Shown here: positions 29,123 to 39,396 of the stretch, in pieces
How the letters are laid out: each line of letters starts with the position of its first letter
Numbering within the stretch: position 1 is the first letter of the stretch
Source of the DNA: an uncultured Desulfobulbaceae bacterium
GTDB lineage: Bacteria > Desulfobacterota > Desulfobulbia > Desulfobulbales > Desulfocapsaceae
Length of the DNA: 64,000 nt
NCBI GenBank assembly: GCA_965366875.1
Contig: CBDUGK010000007.1
Coordinates: 758-64,757 of the forward strand
Direction: 5' to 3'
The notes under the pieces: generated by a model
Seen by the model: the letters and a program-made list of their open reading frames with translations, nothing else
Told to the model about the DNA's origin: nothing
Databases searched by the model: none
Made by a program: the position numbers and the translations under genes

Positions 29123-29854
29123 ATGCCGAAAAACTACTATTTCATTCTTGGAATTCCCGCAACCTCATCACAGAGAGATATCAAATCGGCATTTCGTCGG
29201 CTTGCCAAAGAATATCACCCGGATCATTACGGGGATGGACATTCGCCATTTCAAAACATACAGGAAGCCTACTCAGTACTCAGTGATCCCGAAAGCCGCA
29301 AGGCCTATGACAAACTGAGCAGGACTCCGAAAATCAGAAGTCGGCCCGGCTCAGGAACGTTTAACGCTGAGCCGATGCGGTATCGCCATCATCTAAAGGT
29401 AGAACCTCTTAACCCTGCAACAGAGGATCCAGAGACGTTCACGGCAGCAGGGCCCTCACGAGCGTTCCATGCATCTCGGCCAGCGGTGGATGCCGTATTT
29501 GATTTTTTGGCAAAAACGTTTAACGAACCGGATCGATACTCAGCAGCATTTTCCAAAAATCAGACCATAGTGATCACCCTGACACCTACTGAAGCCCTGA
29601 GTGGAGGGCATGTACGAGTGCGATTACCAGCGAGGTTTCAGTGTACAAACTGCCTGGGGGACGGATATCGCGGTTTCTACGAATGCCGGCGATGCCGCGG
29701 GGCCGGTTCCGTGACTGGTTTATATCCGTTGATTATTAATTATCCTCCGGGAATTCGAAATAATCAGACCTTGCGCCTGTCTCTGGAACGTTCTGGTCTA
29801 AGAAATCGTTTTCTGAGCGTGAACTTCAAGATCAGCGGCTACAAATATCGATAG
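29123..29854 (+). CDS. DnaJ-like protein (J domain plus a single zinc-finger centre)
   Basis: YYFILGIPATSSQRDIKSAFRRLAKEYHPD (HPD motif). CTNCLGDG ... CRRCRGAG. No G/F region. Start ATG 29123 with GGAG upstream. Confidence 0.8.
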   Translation: MPKNYYFILGIPATSSQRDIKSAFRRLAKEYHPDHYGDGHSPFQNIQEAYSVLSDPESRKAYDKLSRTPKIRSRPGSGTFNAEPMRYRHHLKVEPLNPATEDPETFTAAGPSRAFHASRPAVDAVFDFLAKTFNEPDRYSAAFSKNQTIVITLTPTEALSGGHVRVRLPARFQCTNCLGDGYRGFYECRRCRGAGSVTGLYPLIINYPPGIRNNQTLRLSLERSGLRNRFLSVNFKISGYKYR

Positions 29855-30281
29855 TGCAAAGGAGCACCGCAACGAAGCGCGAATACCCTCGGATCAGCCC
29901 CTGTCAGCGTCAAAAAAAGCCGCCGGTTTTCTTTCAGAAATCCCTTTTCAATTCGAGTCAATTATGGCAGATTGTAGTCTTGAAAGCTCCTGCTATGCTT
30001 GCAGTTATTTCCTTTGATAACAGGTTGTTAAAACATTTTGTCACGTCTTTTTGCAACGTTTGTGGATGATCAGGGCTGACTGGATTGTTCCCGGGGTAAC
30101 GAGACATCTGAGCGTCTTTTTTTCTCGCCGCTGCTTGCCAGGAAGGTCGGCGGCAGAGCGTGGATAACCACCCGATAGAAATTCAGTAATCAACGAAGGA
30201 AGCCGCCGATCACAAAGACAGGATCTATATCTGACAATTATCTCAAATACATCATCGACCAGGAAAGGACTCCGCCGATTA

Positions 30282-31580
30282 ATGCACATTGAAAACCATT
30301 CTATCAAGAGTATCTCGTTTAACCCGGAGTCTGATGCTTTATTGATACAGACGTACGCCAGAAATGACGGTATCTTTCGTCTTGACTCTTGGGACAATGG
30401 TTTCTCATTTTCCAGGCAGGAAGGCTTCCCTGCACGCAGCATCCAGGTTAACCTGTCGTTGTTCACTTCCCAGTCGGCGCCTCAAAGAGATAAATGGGCT
30501 GATTGCATTTCTCGATTCACCTCAAAAATTCCAACTGAGATTAAGGCGTCTGTCGCGCCGATTTCTTGTGCACAGCTGCAAACACTGCAGCTGTTTTGCC
30601 AGGGAGGAACCTGCGCAACAGAATTGTTCAAAAAAGCGCCGGCCCTGCTCTGGCTGATAGCCTGTGAAGTCCTATCCGACAGAATTTCAGTCGATCAAGC
30701 CGTGAATGTCTTGAAAGGCAAACACCTAGATATCATCAGGACTATTCGAGCTGACTGTACGAGAAAGCATGTAAATCTCCTGAGCAAGATCACACCTGTT
30801 ACTTATTGCAGAAATGAATTGCGCATCCTCAACCGAATCCTGAAGGACGACGACCTTCAGAACAATCTCCGGCACCTTCCACAGATTGTACTTCCCAGGG
30901 TTGAAATAGTGCTCGATTCACCGGATATTCTAACGATTTCCTGTATTCAGAATGAAATAACCAATCCCAATAGTTCCAGATATCAGCTCATGCTCGCTAA
31001 AACCATGTGTGAAAGCTGTCTGCAGATCGGCCGGAAAGCAGGACTCGCCAACGTGAAGCATAATTTGCGTAACTGTAAAACACTGTCAGAAGTGATGTCA
31101 TTGGAAGAAAGATGGCATGAGAGGTACAACAAGAGACTGCAGGAGCAGCGAGCTGCATTGTGTCGGGAACAGGAAGCCGCCGAGCTTCTGAACCTGGCGA
31201 TCGAGGCCGAGCAAGAGAGAAGAAGGCAGGCTCGGAGGGAACGCAAAAGATTAGAGGAGGAGCGTCGCAGGAAAATAAAAAAGGCAGGGTTCCCCGAACC
31301 GCCAATCCCCGGAAACAAGTACATCGTGCCAATCACTACGTTCAGGGAACTGGAGCATGAAGGCGAGATCATGAACAATTGCGTTGCTACCTACAGGGAC
31401 AAAATACTTTTCAAAAACAGGTACATTTATAAAGTTTTTTATCCTGAACGCTGTACCCTGGAAGTAATCGGCAAACGAAATTGCGCTATCGGCGAACTTA
31501 AGGCAAAAAACAACGCCAGGCCTTCCAAAAAAGTCTATCACTACGTTCGCAAATGGTTACATAGCCAGCAGGAAGCTTGA
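30282..31580 (+). CDS. PcfJ-like domain protein
   Basis: C-terminal HEGEIMNNCVATYRDKI ... CTLEV ... ELKAKNN fits my memory of the PcfJ-like domain (EG..M.HCV..Y). Arg/Glu-rich coiled coil before it. N-terminal 330 aa unassigned. Confidence 0.55.
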   Translation: MHIENHSIKSISFNPESDALLIQTYARNDGIFRLDSWDNGFSFSRQEGFPARSIQVNLSLFTSQSAPQRDKWADCISRFTSKIPTEIKASVAPISCAQLQTLQLFCQGGTCATELFKKAPALLWLIACEVLSDRISVDQAVNVLKGKHLDIIRTIRADCTRKHVNLLSKITPVTYCRNELRILNRILKDDDLQNNLRHLPQIVLPRVEIVLDSPDILTISCIQNEITNPNSSRYQLMLAKTMCESCLQIGRKAGLANVKHNLRNCKTLSEVMSLEERWHERYNKRLQEQRAALCREQEAAELLNLAIEAEQERRRQARRERKRLEEERRRKIKKAGFPEPPIPGNKYIVPITTFRELEHEGEIMNNCVATYRDKILFKNRYIYKVFYPERCTLEVIGKRNCAIGELKAKNNARPSKKVYHYVRKWLHSQQEA

Positions 31581-31614
31581 CGCAGGTGGCCTTCTCTGCA
31601 GAGACCGTGGCTTA

Positions 31615-33852
31615 TCATTCTCCTGCTTTGTCTCCGGCTAATTGTTGCTGAAGGCGATCTGGGTCGGTGACAGGCAGCTTGCAGATGAAATCAGTGCAGA
31701 CATACGCCGTTGCTTTTCCATCAATTGCAGCAACAGATTGTAAAAATGGCAGATTTTCAGCAAGATAGGCTTGATTTTCCTCACCATCTGCCAACAAAAC
31801 GAGACGATGAGGGTCAAAATCCATGTATACGATATCAAGAAGAGCCCGGGTATCCTCAGCATGACGGCTTCCAGCAATTACCACCTGAGTCGGTTTTGAA
31901 TGAAGATTTTTCCAGGCGGTAAGCATGAGCGGTAGAGCCGGAGGATATCGATTGATCGTGTCGCTGAAGGACGTTATCAGGCGGCGAGTCTGCTCAAGCA
32001 ATTGAGGATCATTTAGGAGTTGTCCAAGACGCAGCATGTTATGCGCAGCCACGGAATTCCCGGCGGGCTCGGCACCATCATATTCTGCCCTCATCCTCAC
32101 CTTGACAGTGGGGTCGTCCACGCTGTCGAAAAAGTGGCCGCCCGCTTCATGCCAAAACAATTTCATCTGTGTCTGCATCAATTCGCCCGCCCACTTGAGC
32201 CAGTCCGGGTCATGGTTCGCCTGATACAATTCAAGCAATCCTGCAATCATGAAGGTATAATCATGAAGCTGCCCCGGCAGGCCGGCTTCCCCGTTTCGAT
32301 ATCGACGTTTTAAGCTCTGGGCCGCATCATCATAAAGATATTGTTTTACAAATGCTGCAGCGTGCGCGGCGGCTTCAAGGTATTGCGGGGTTTGCAGAAC
32401 CATACTGCCTCTCGCCAACACGCCTATGGCCATACCATTCCAGGCGGTAATGACTTTATCATCAAGATGGGGGCGCTTACGCTGGTCACGCGCCTTTAAC
32501 AGTTTTGCCCTGGAGGCAGCAAGGCTTTCTTTAACCAGATCCTGATCCAGGCCCAGTGCGGCAGATACCTCACGAATATCATGTTTGCGGTGAAGAATAT
32601 TCCTCCCTGTAAATTCAGCTGCTGGGTCCTGGTCAACGTTGCCACGCTCCTTTACCCCGTAGCTGTAATTAAAGATACCAGACGCTTCAGGTCCAAGTAT
32701 GCTGACAATCTCTTTTTGGGTCCACAGGTAGAATGCTCCTTCTCCATGTTCCCCCGGAGCATATGGATCATCACTGTCAGCATCTTCAGCAGAGTAGAAT
32801 CCTCCGCCTGTATCGAGCATATCCCGGAGAAGATATGAAAATATATCATTCACCGTCTGTGAGTATTTACCGTCTCCTGTTATCTGGTAGGCATCAAGAT
32901 AGGAGCTGGCGAGTTGAACCTGGTCGTAAAGCATCTTTTCAAAGTGTGGTACAAACCAGCGATTGTCGACAGAATAACGATGAAAGCCTCCACTCAGCTG
33001 ATCATTCATACCGCCCGCAGCCATTTTATCAAGGGTATGCAAGGCCATTTGTTTTGCCTTGCCCTCGTTAGTTGCCAGGTAATGGTCAAAAAGAAACGTC
33101 AGGACTACCGGCCGGGGAAATTTGGGCGACGTTCCAAAACCACCTTCTACGGCATCGTAGGTCTTTTCAATAATTGAGTAACCCTTGTTGATGACATCTG
33201 GTTCTACGAGTTCAGAAGAGTAACCTGCCGTTTTCTCAAGAGCAGCTACCAGTCGTTCTGCAGACTGTTCAATGTCATCCCGCTTCTCACGCCATGCCGT
33301 ATTAATCGCTGTCAATAAATCCTTGAAGCCAGGAAGATTATGAGCCGATTCGGGAGGAAAATACGTGCCTGCATAGAACGGGCTTCCGTCGGGAAGAAGA
33401 AAAACAGACATTGGCCAGCCTCCCCCTCCTGTCATCGCCTGGGTTGCAGTCATGTACATCTGATCGATGTCCGGTCTCTCCTCCCTGTCAACCTTGATAC
33501 TGACAAAGTGCTGGTTGAGCAGAGCAGCGACATCAGTGCTCTCAAATGATTCATGGGCCATCACATGGCACCAATGGCAGGTTGAGTATCCTATGGAGAG
33601 GAAAATCGGTTTGTCTGCCCGCTTGGCAAGATTAAATGCTTCGTCCCCCCAAGGATACCAGTCTACGGGGTTAAAAGCGTGCTGCAGCAGGTAAGGGCTT
33701 TTTTCATTTATCAGTTTATTTGGCTTTTCCCCTGCCGCCAGCCTGCTCTGTATCAGATGTTCGATTTTATTATCCCCGCTTTCAGAATACACAGGAGCAC
33801 CAGCACCTGTGATAATCATCATTGTAATAACCGTTAATACCAACCATTTCAT
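31615..33852 (-). CDS. thioredoxin-domain protein of the YyaL/DUF255 family
   Basis: [22 protein letters not shown] ... [16 protein letters not shown], followed by a long alpha/alpha-toroid-like region. N-terminal signal/anchor. Confidence 0.9.
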   Translation of the reverse strand: MKWLVLTVITMMIITGAGAPVYSESGDNKIEHLIQSRLAAGEKPNKLINEKSPYLLQHAFNPVDWYPWGDEAFNLAKRADKPIFLSIGYSTCHWCHVMAHESFESTDVAALLNQHFVSIKVDREERPDIDQMYMTATQAMTGGGGWPMSVFLLPDGSPFYAGTYFPPESAHNLPGFKDLLTAINTAWREKRDDIEQSAERLVAALEKTAGYSSELVEPDVINKGYSIIEKTYDAVEGGFGTSPKFPRPVVLTFLFDHYLATNEGKAKQMALHTLDKMAAGGMNDQLSGGFHRYSVDNRWFVPHFEKMLYDQVQLASSYLDAYQITGDGKYSQTVNDIFSYLLRDMLDTGGGFYSAEDADSDDPYAPGEHGEGAFYLWTQKEIVSILGPEASGIFNYSYGVKERGNVDQDPAAEFTGRNILHRKHDIREVSAALGLDQDLVKESLAASRAKLLKARDQRKRPHLDDKVITAWNGMAIGVLARGSMVLQTPQYLEAAAHAAAFVKQYLYDDAAQSLKRRYRNGEAGLPGQLHDYTFMIAGLLELYQANHDPDWLKWAGELMQTQMKLFWHEAGGHFFDSVDDPTVKVRMRAEYDGAEPAGNSVAAHNMLRLGQLLNDPQLLEQTRRLITSFSDTINRYPPALPLMLTAWKNLHSKPTQVVIAGSRHAEDTRALLDIVYMDFDPHRLVLLADGEENQAYLAENLPFLQSVAAIDGKATAYVCTDFICKLPVTDPDRLQQQLAGDKAGE

Positions 33853-34110
33853 AGGAACATCACCTCTAGAAACTAACCGCAGCTATACTACAATGTTGTA
33901 GTTACTCCGCAGAAAGTCAAATACAATCAGGGTTCCCTGGTGATTCAAAGGTGAAAGGACAGTAATACACCTAAACCGCCCCCCGGAGATGTACCGTTTG
34001 AGCTTAAACGTTCAAATTTTCTTAAATGGTTAACATTGCTGATAACAACCGCCTCAATTGCACTGGAAGGTGTCGGCGGAAGGCAGCCACGAAACTGGCT
34101 GTTCACACTA

Positions 34111-34127
34111 TTAGTTAGCCCAGGCTA
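34111..34127. promoter_or_regulatory. candidate DtxR-family operator, copy 1 (TTAGTTAGCCCAGGCTA)
   Basis: Contains the inverted repeat TAGCC-CA-GGCTA. 15 of 17 nt identical to the copy at 34336. Confidence 0.35.
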
Positions 34128-34335
34128 TCTTTTTATAGTTTCGTTTCAATGTACGAAAAAACATGATAAGCACTCAATCTTGATGACAAAAATTGACATC
34201 TCTTTAATCCTTATTATATGTTAACGGACTTTTCAACTTCATGACCCCCTGGACAATCCAGGAATAAGTACAATATTTACAAAAAAACTATGGTGAAGCA
34301 GTACCGGCCTATGCTATCTTATAATTATACACCTT

Positions 34336-34354
34336 TTAGTTAGCCAAGGTTAAC
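34336..34354. promoter_or_regulatory. candidate DtxR-family operator, copy 2 (TTAGTTAGCCAAGGTTAAC)
   Basis: Imperfect palindrome TTAGCC-AA-GGTTAA, 29 nt upstream of the repressor GTG start. A TTGACA (34193-34198) / TATATG promoter-like pair lies upstream. Confidence 0.35.
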
Positions 34355-34382
34355 AGTATCAATCATTCAGCTCAAAGAAACT

Positions 34383-34892
34383 GTGGATAATATAGTTACA
34401 ACACCTGCCCAGGAAAATTATGTAGAAGCAATACATTATCTCTCCCAGGAAGGCCCTGTTCGATCAAGTGCGCTTGCCAGCGCATTAGGGGTAAAACGAG
34501 CGAGTGTATCCAAATTTATCGGCACGCTTGTTGCCCAGGGACTTGTCATACGCATACCGCGGGGAGAACTGTCCCTTACCGAGTCGGGGCTTGAGCTGGC
34601 CAAATCGATCCTGAGGCGTGATCAGTGCCTAACCAGGCTTCTTGTTGATGTATGCAATATGACTCCTGAGGACGCCGAGCCGGAAGTTCACAGACTCGAA
34701 CATCTCGTTAGCGACCAAGTTCTCATTCGGTTGGAGAAACTTGTTGATTTTGCCTGCAGTTCGAGCGCCTGGATCAAACGCTTACACCTGCGAATGAATG
34801 TCGAAAAAACGAACGCTGGATATCAACAAACCATCATGGTAGGAAGCACCAAAGTACACCAGGGAAACAGGCATGAAAAATTTGGTAATTGA
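34383..34892 (+). CDS. DtxR/MntR-family metal-dependent transcriptional repressor
   Basis: N-terminal winged helix (ENYVEAIHYLSQEGPVRSSALASALGVKRASVSKFIGTLVAQGLV) and a dimerisation/metal domain. GTG start. Confidence 0.8.
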   Translation: MDNIVTTPAQENYVEAIHYLSQEGPVRSSALASALGVKRASVSKFIGTLVAQGLVIRIPRGELSLTESGLELAKSILRRDQCLTRLLVDVCNMTPEDAEPEVHRLEHLVSDQVLIRLEKLVDFACSSSAWIKRLHLRMNVEKTNAGYQQTIMVGSTKVHQGNRHEKFGN

Positions 34893-35014
34893 CCAACATA
34901 TCCATGTCATACTTGATACTTACAGTGATCTCAACCGTAAACAAACGCACAAAAAACACCCGCGTCTATTGATGATTTGTTTATCAGCTCACACACATCA
35001 AACAGCCAGAACGA

Positions 35015-35617
35015 TTGGTATTTCTCTCATATGACACCCAGGATGATATGCATATCGTAACAGGAATTCTTATTGCAGCACTGGCAGGCCGAGCCAAACA
35101 AAATAAAGTACTGCAGGGCCTTCCAATGTTTCAGACCGGGCCCATACAGATAGCTCATGCACTTCCAGGGCGAATCCGCTTTGTTATTCCATTGCTTCGC
35201 GATAATCACGAAGCAATGGAAAACGGAATTAATGAACTCCGCACGCTCAAAGGCATCGATACGGTTGTCTACAGTGCCGTCTCCGGCAGCCTTGTCGTTG
35301 AGTTCAATCACGAGCTGGTCCCGCCACCTCTTCTGTTTTCTGCTATTTCCCGCCTTCTCGGGCTTGAACATGAACTTGACAAACCCCTCACTCCAGGCGT
35401 GGTAAAAGAAATCAGACAACTTGGTGGGAGCCTCAATCGAATGGTATACGATGAAACACGTGGTCTGCTGGACTTGCGGACAATCGCGATTGGAGGGCTG
35501 TTGATACTAGGGGGAAGAAAACTATTTCTCGAAAAGTGGGCGACCGTGCCAACAGGACTTACCCTCTTGTGGTGGGCCTTTAACCTCATCAATCGCGGCG
35601 AAGGTAACATCAGTTGA
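35015..35617 (+). CDS. membrane protein with PGRxR (HMA_2-like) domain
   Basis: IAHALPGRIRFVIPLL ... SGSLVVEFN, then C-terminal hydrophobic segments. No cysteine at all. The TTG start is uncertain (ATG 35048 or 35126 are possible). Confidence 0.6.
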   Translation: MVFLSYDTQDDMHIVTGILIAALAGRAKQNKVLQGLPMFQTGPIQIAHALPGRIRFVIPLLRDNHEAMENGINELRTLKGIDTVVYSAVSGSLVVEFNHELVPPPLLFSAISRLLGLEHELDKPLTPGVVKEIRQLGGSLNRMVYDETRGLLDLRTIAIGGLLILGGRKLFLEKWATVPTGLTLLWWAFNLINRGEGNIS

Positions 35618-36036
35618 AGTTGCTGGAGGAAGGCTACCTGCTCCTGGCAAAACCGCGGGTAATTCACTCGATTCCCGGGCGTTTGAGACTGCAGGTCCCC
35701 TTACTAAAAAAACTGGGGGGAGAGTATCAGGACTGGACACAACTGATCTGTTCACTCCTGGAAGTCCCCGATGGGATAGAGGAGGTTTCCGCCAGCCATG
35801 TAACCGGAACGGTATTGCTCTTCTACGATTCAACGTTTGTATCGGAAAAAGAGATCCTCTCGTTCATTTCTTCATTGAGCCGGGTATTCGTTTCCCAAAA
35901 GGAAGATCTGAGCCGATTGCTGATAAATGATTCCGACACCGTATTTAAATGTCTCAGGCAATGGCTGCAGAGAACGATTACGCGGCGAATGCACCTAGAC
36001 ACCGATCAAAGGATTCTTTTGGATGATTTCAACTAA
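35614..36036 (+). CDS. soluble PGRxR (HMA_2-like) domain protein
   Basis: VIHSIPGRLRLQVPLL ... TGTVLLFYD. Overlaps both neighbouring genes. Confidence 0.6.
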   Translation: MKLLEEGYLLLAKPRVIHSIPGRLRLQVPLLKKLGGEYQDWTQLICSLLEVPDGIEEVSASHVTGTVLLFYDSTFVSEKEILSFISSLSRVFVSQKEDLSRLLINDSDTVFKCLRQWLQRTITRRMHLDTDQRILLDDFN

Positions 36037-38218
36037 AAAATTACCCCTGATGAATTGTGAGATCCGCCACTCGCTTCCAGGCAGGGTCAGGATCTACTGC
36101 CGGGGGTTAGGCTTTCTCGGAGAGTTCGCCTCCTTGATTAAACAGGAGCTCGAAGATGGCGTGGCCGTTAACTCCGTCTCTCTTTCCACTGTCAGCAAAA
36201 CAATCCTCATTCACTACAATAGCAGTGAAGCATCATCGGATGAAATTTTAGACCGCGTCATTTCGATACTGGGGTCATGGTCACTCAGTGCATTCAAGGA
36301 AGAGCGTGCAGAACGCAACGCCATGATGCTCAAGGAGCGTCGCCTTGAGGAAGAGTCAATAGGGTCTCTTGCCCAGAGAATAGGCATCACTTCCATTACG
36401 CTTCTCTTTTCCTGGCTGCGACCGGGCCCGATACCCCGGACGTTCTTGGGAAGATTCCTTTCCATGCCTGCTTTGACCGCGATGGGCCTGGCCTGGCCTA
36501 TTGTGCAAAATGGCGCGCGATCCCTGTTTGTGCAGAAACGTCCCAATGCCGACACCTTGAGCTCAAGCGCAATCCTCGCCAGTATTGCAGCGGGTCAGGG
36601 TGTTTCAGCGCTCACCATCATTATGCTGGCGGATATAGCCGAACTGTTGACGGCTTACACCATGGATCGAACCAGAAACGCAATCCGCGACATGCTCTCG
36701 GTTGGTGAGGAGTTTGTCTGGCGTATCGATGAAAATGGCCATGAACAAAAAGTCCCTCTCTCGAACCTGCGCCAGGGCGATCATGTGATCTCACGGACGG
36801 GTGAGAAAATCAGCGTTGACGGCCTTGTACTATCAGGCGAGGCGGCTGTTGACCAATCATCGATAACCGGTGAATATTTGCCGATTCGCAAGGTCAAGAA
36901 AGATGAGGTTTTTGCCGGAACCGTGGTCAGATCCGGCCGGGTCGTTGTGGAGGCTAAGCGGGTTGGTGATCGAACAGCGATTGCACGAATTATCAAGCTG
37001 GTTGAAGAGGCGGCACATAAAAAAGCAGCTATCCAATCAAACGCCGATCAATTTTCAGCCCAACTCATTCCGATTAACTTTGCACTGGCAGTTCTGGTCT
37101 ATTTTCTCACCGGTAAATTCAGCAGGGCGCTGAATATGCTGATAATCGATTATTCATGCGGTGTGCGCCTCTCCACAGCAACAGCACTTTCAGCATCCAT
37201 CTGTACGGCTGCCAGAAACGGAGTGCTGGTGAAGGGCAGCAATTATCTGGAGGCACTTGCAAAAACCGATACAGTGGTCTTTGACAAGACCGGAACGCTC
37301 ACCGAAGGCCGACCGGCAGTGAGTTCGATCATCTGTTCTCAAGAGAATGTTACTGAAAAAGAATTGCTCTGCATAGCTGCGGCTGCTGAAGAGACAAGCA
37401 ATCACCCCATGGCCGCCTCTATCGTGGAGCGGGTTCGTCGGGCAGGATGGCCTGTCCCCAAACACAGCAACAACGAAATAATCACCGCACGCGGCGTAAT
37501 TACCAAAATCGGCCGGTCGACCATCCGGGTCGGCAGCCGTAGATTCATGCAGGAGTCAAAGGTGAATATGTCTGCGGTCGAGGAAGACGCCCAGCGCATA
37601 GCGCGAAAGGGGGAAAATGTTATTTTTGTCGCCCGGGGCCGCAGCCTCGTCGGGATTATCGGAGTCCAGGATGTGTTGCGAGAAGATATGAAGAAATCAC
37701 TTAATCGTCTGCGCAACCTTGGTATGGACGACATCATTCTACTCACGGGTGACGTGGAACAGCACGCCGAAATTGTTGCGGCCCGAATGGCCATGGATAG
37801 ATATCACTCAGAGGTCATGCCAGATGAAAAAGCAGAGAACGTTTTACGGTTGCAGTCAAAAGGCACGTCTGTAATGATGGTTGGTGATGGGATCAACGAT
37901 GCCCCGGCGCTGGCCTATGCAGATGTCGGCATCGCAATGGGCAATACGCGAACTGATATCGCCATGGAAGCGGCAGACATTACCATAGCCGGTGATGATC
38001 CGTTGATGATTCCAGCAATTCTTCACCTTTCGCAAAAAACCATGAAGATCGTACGCCAGAATTTTGCCACGGCCATCGGCGTCAATACGCTTGGCATAGT
38101 GCTTGCCTCTGTTGGTGTGCTGCCGGTATTCTGGGGAGCGGTGCTCCACAATAGCTGTACGGTCGCGGTGGTACTGAATTCATCACGTTTACTGATACAT
38201 GATATGGAAGGGGGCTGA
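36023..38218 (+). CDS. P1B-type heavy-metal P-type ATPase with N-terminal PGRxR domain and atypical SCG TM4 motif
   Basis: ITGE, DKTGTLT (nt 37283-37297), HP dipeptide (SNHPMAASIVE), GDGINDAPAL. TM4 reads IIDYSCGVRLSTATA (SCG at nt 37154-37162) instead of CPC. N-terminus IRHSLPGRVRIY ... SKTILIHYN. Confidence 0.9.
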   Translation: MISTKKLPLMNCEIRHSLPGRVRIYCRGLGFLGEFASLIKQELEDGVAVNSVSLSTVSKTILIHYNSSEASSDEILDRVISILGSWSLSAFKEERAERNAMMLKERRLEEESIGSLAQRIGITSITLLFSWLRPGPIPRTFLGRFLSMPALTAMGLAWPIVQNGARSLFVQKRPNADTLSSSAILASIAAGQGVSALTIIMLADIAELLTAYTMDRTRNAIRDMLSVGEEFVWRIDENGHEQKVPLSNLRQGDHVISRTGEKISVDGLVLSGEAAVDQSSITGEYLPIRKVKKDEVFAGTVVRSGRVVVEAKRVGDRTAIARIIKLVEEAAHKKAAIQSNADQFSAQLIPINFALAVLVYFLTGKFSRALNMLIIDYSCGVRLSTATALSASICTAARNGVLVKGSNYLEALAKTDTVVFDKTGTLTEGRPAVSSIICSQENVTEKELLCIAAAAEETSNHPMAASIVERVRRAGWPVPKHSNNEIITARGVITKIGRSTIRVGSRRFMQESKVNMSAVEEDAQRIARKGENVIFVARGRSLVGIIGVQDVLREDMKKSLNRLRNLGMDDIILLTGDVEQHAEIVAARMAMDRYHSEVMPDEKAENVLRLQSKGTSVMMVGDGINDAPALAYADVGIAMGNTRTDIAMEAADITIAGDDPLMIPAILHLSQKTMKIVRQNFATAIGVNTLGIVLASVGVLPVFWGAVLHNSCTVAVVLNSSRLLIHDMEGG

Positions 38219-39072
38219 TGAACCTGAACTTGAGTGTCACTCTCCTGCATGAGCTGCCTGGTAGAATCAGGACAAAACTATCTGTGGCTCCAGCAGACCT
38301 GCAGCGCTTTGAGAAAGCCTTGGTGTCTCATAGCGGTCTTGAAAGTGTTCAGTACAATACCATCAGTAAAAGCCTGCTGGTCAAATATGAAATCGGCCAT
38401 CTTACTACTGAAGAGATTCTATTGCGCACCGCTATCGCCTTGTCGATGGAACATAATTATCAGGCTGTAAAGGTTCGTCTTGGAGCTAACAATGAAGTTA
38501 TGACTGATGTGGCCATAGTTGCCGGCTTGATTTTACTGGCCGCTGGAGGGTTTCAGCTCGCTCATAAAAGTGGCGGCACGGTCTGGCTGACCCGTGCCAG
38601 TGGAGTAGCCGTTGCCTTGGCCGTCGGTGAACATGGGTGGCGTGAGGCTCGCGAACATGGATATGTTCACCCCGAGGTGCTGTCCGTGGCCTACCTTTTT
38701 GCCTCATGGATTCGCGGCAACATCCTGCGTGGTGCGACAGTTACATGGCTCGCCAGCTTCGGGCGACACTTGCTGCAAGGCCCAGAAAAAAGCATCGATG
38801 TTCGGCCAATTAATAAATACTATGAAAAAAACGAACCCAGAACATATCAGATATCACTCGTGCCGCAGCAACATCAACGAACCCCGCTTCTTCAGTTGGC
38901 ACATAGCATGATCGGAATTTTCGGTCTGGGTGGATCTGCTGGATCTGGTGATTCGCTCTATGAAGAAATCCAAAATATCGCGCAGGCTCACGACAGAGTT
39001 CTCGAAGGATTGGAACTGCAACCAAATGGGATACCCTTAACTTTTAGAAAGGAGTTTAACTATGAACATTAA
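38218..39072 (+). CDS. membrane protein with PGRxR (HMA_2-like) domain
   Basis: LLHELPGRIRTKLSVA ... SKSLLVKYE, followed by hydrophobic segments. ATGA overlap with the ATPase stop. Confidence 0.6.
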   Translation: MNLNLSVTLLHELPGRIRTKLSVAPADLQRFEKALVSHSGLESVQYNTISKSLLVKYEIGHLTTEEILLRTAIALSMEHNYQAVKVRLGANNEVMTDVAIVAGLILLAAGGFQLAHKSGGTVWLTRASGVAVALAVGEHGWREAREHGYVHPEVLSVAYLFASWIRGNILRGATVTWLASFGRHLLQGPEKSIDVRPINKYYEKNEPRTYQISLVPQQHQRTPLLQLAHSMIGIFGLGGSAGSGDSLYEEIQNIAQAHDRVLEGLELQPNGIPLTFRKEFNYEH

Positions 39073-39328
39073 TTCAAATCATGTAATCGGGTTTGCAGCT
39101 GGCATTGTAGCATCTGCTGGCGGCTTCTACCTCTATAAAAAAAATCAGTCGCTCGTTGATGGATGGTTGAGAGATCAAGGCATCCGCGTCCCCAATAGAG
39201 CTTCTATTGAGCCCGGATCAATGTCGCTGGAAGAACTTGTTACCGAAAAAGAGCGCCTGGAAGATATCATCGCAGCACGGGAAATGGAAAGTGCAACACC
39301 TGCAGCCGATCCGCAACCGGAATCATGA
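39062..39328 (+). CDS. small membrane-anchored protein, last gene of the ATPase operon
   Basis: 88 aa with one TM (VIGFAAGIVASAGGFYLY). Overlaps the upstream gene by 11 nt. No family recognised. Confidence 0.4.
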   Translation: MNINSNHVIGFAAGIVASAGGFYLYKKNQSLVDGWLRDQGIRVPNRASIEPGSMSLEELVTEKERLEDIIAAREMESATPAADPQPES

Positions 39329-39396
39329 ATGTAATTTTGCTCTGTTGACTAAAACCAATATCGTTATTTTACAATCAGAAAACCATTTACAGTTTA

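Noticed and set aside
30041-30466. 141-aa ORF on the minus strand overlapping the start of the PcfJ-like gene.
   Set aside because: No motifs, Arg/Cys/Ser-rich composition, and it overlaps a better-supported gene. Treated as spurious.
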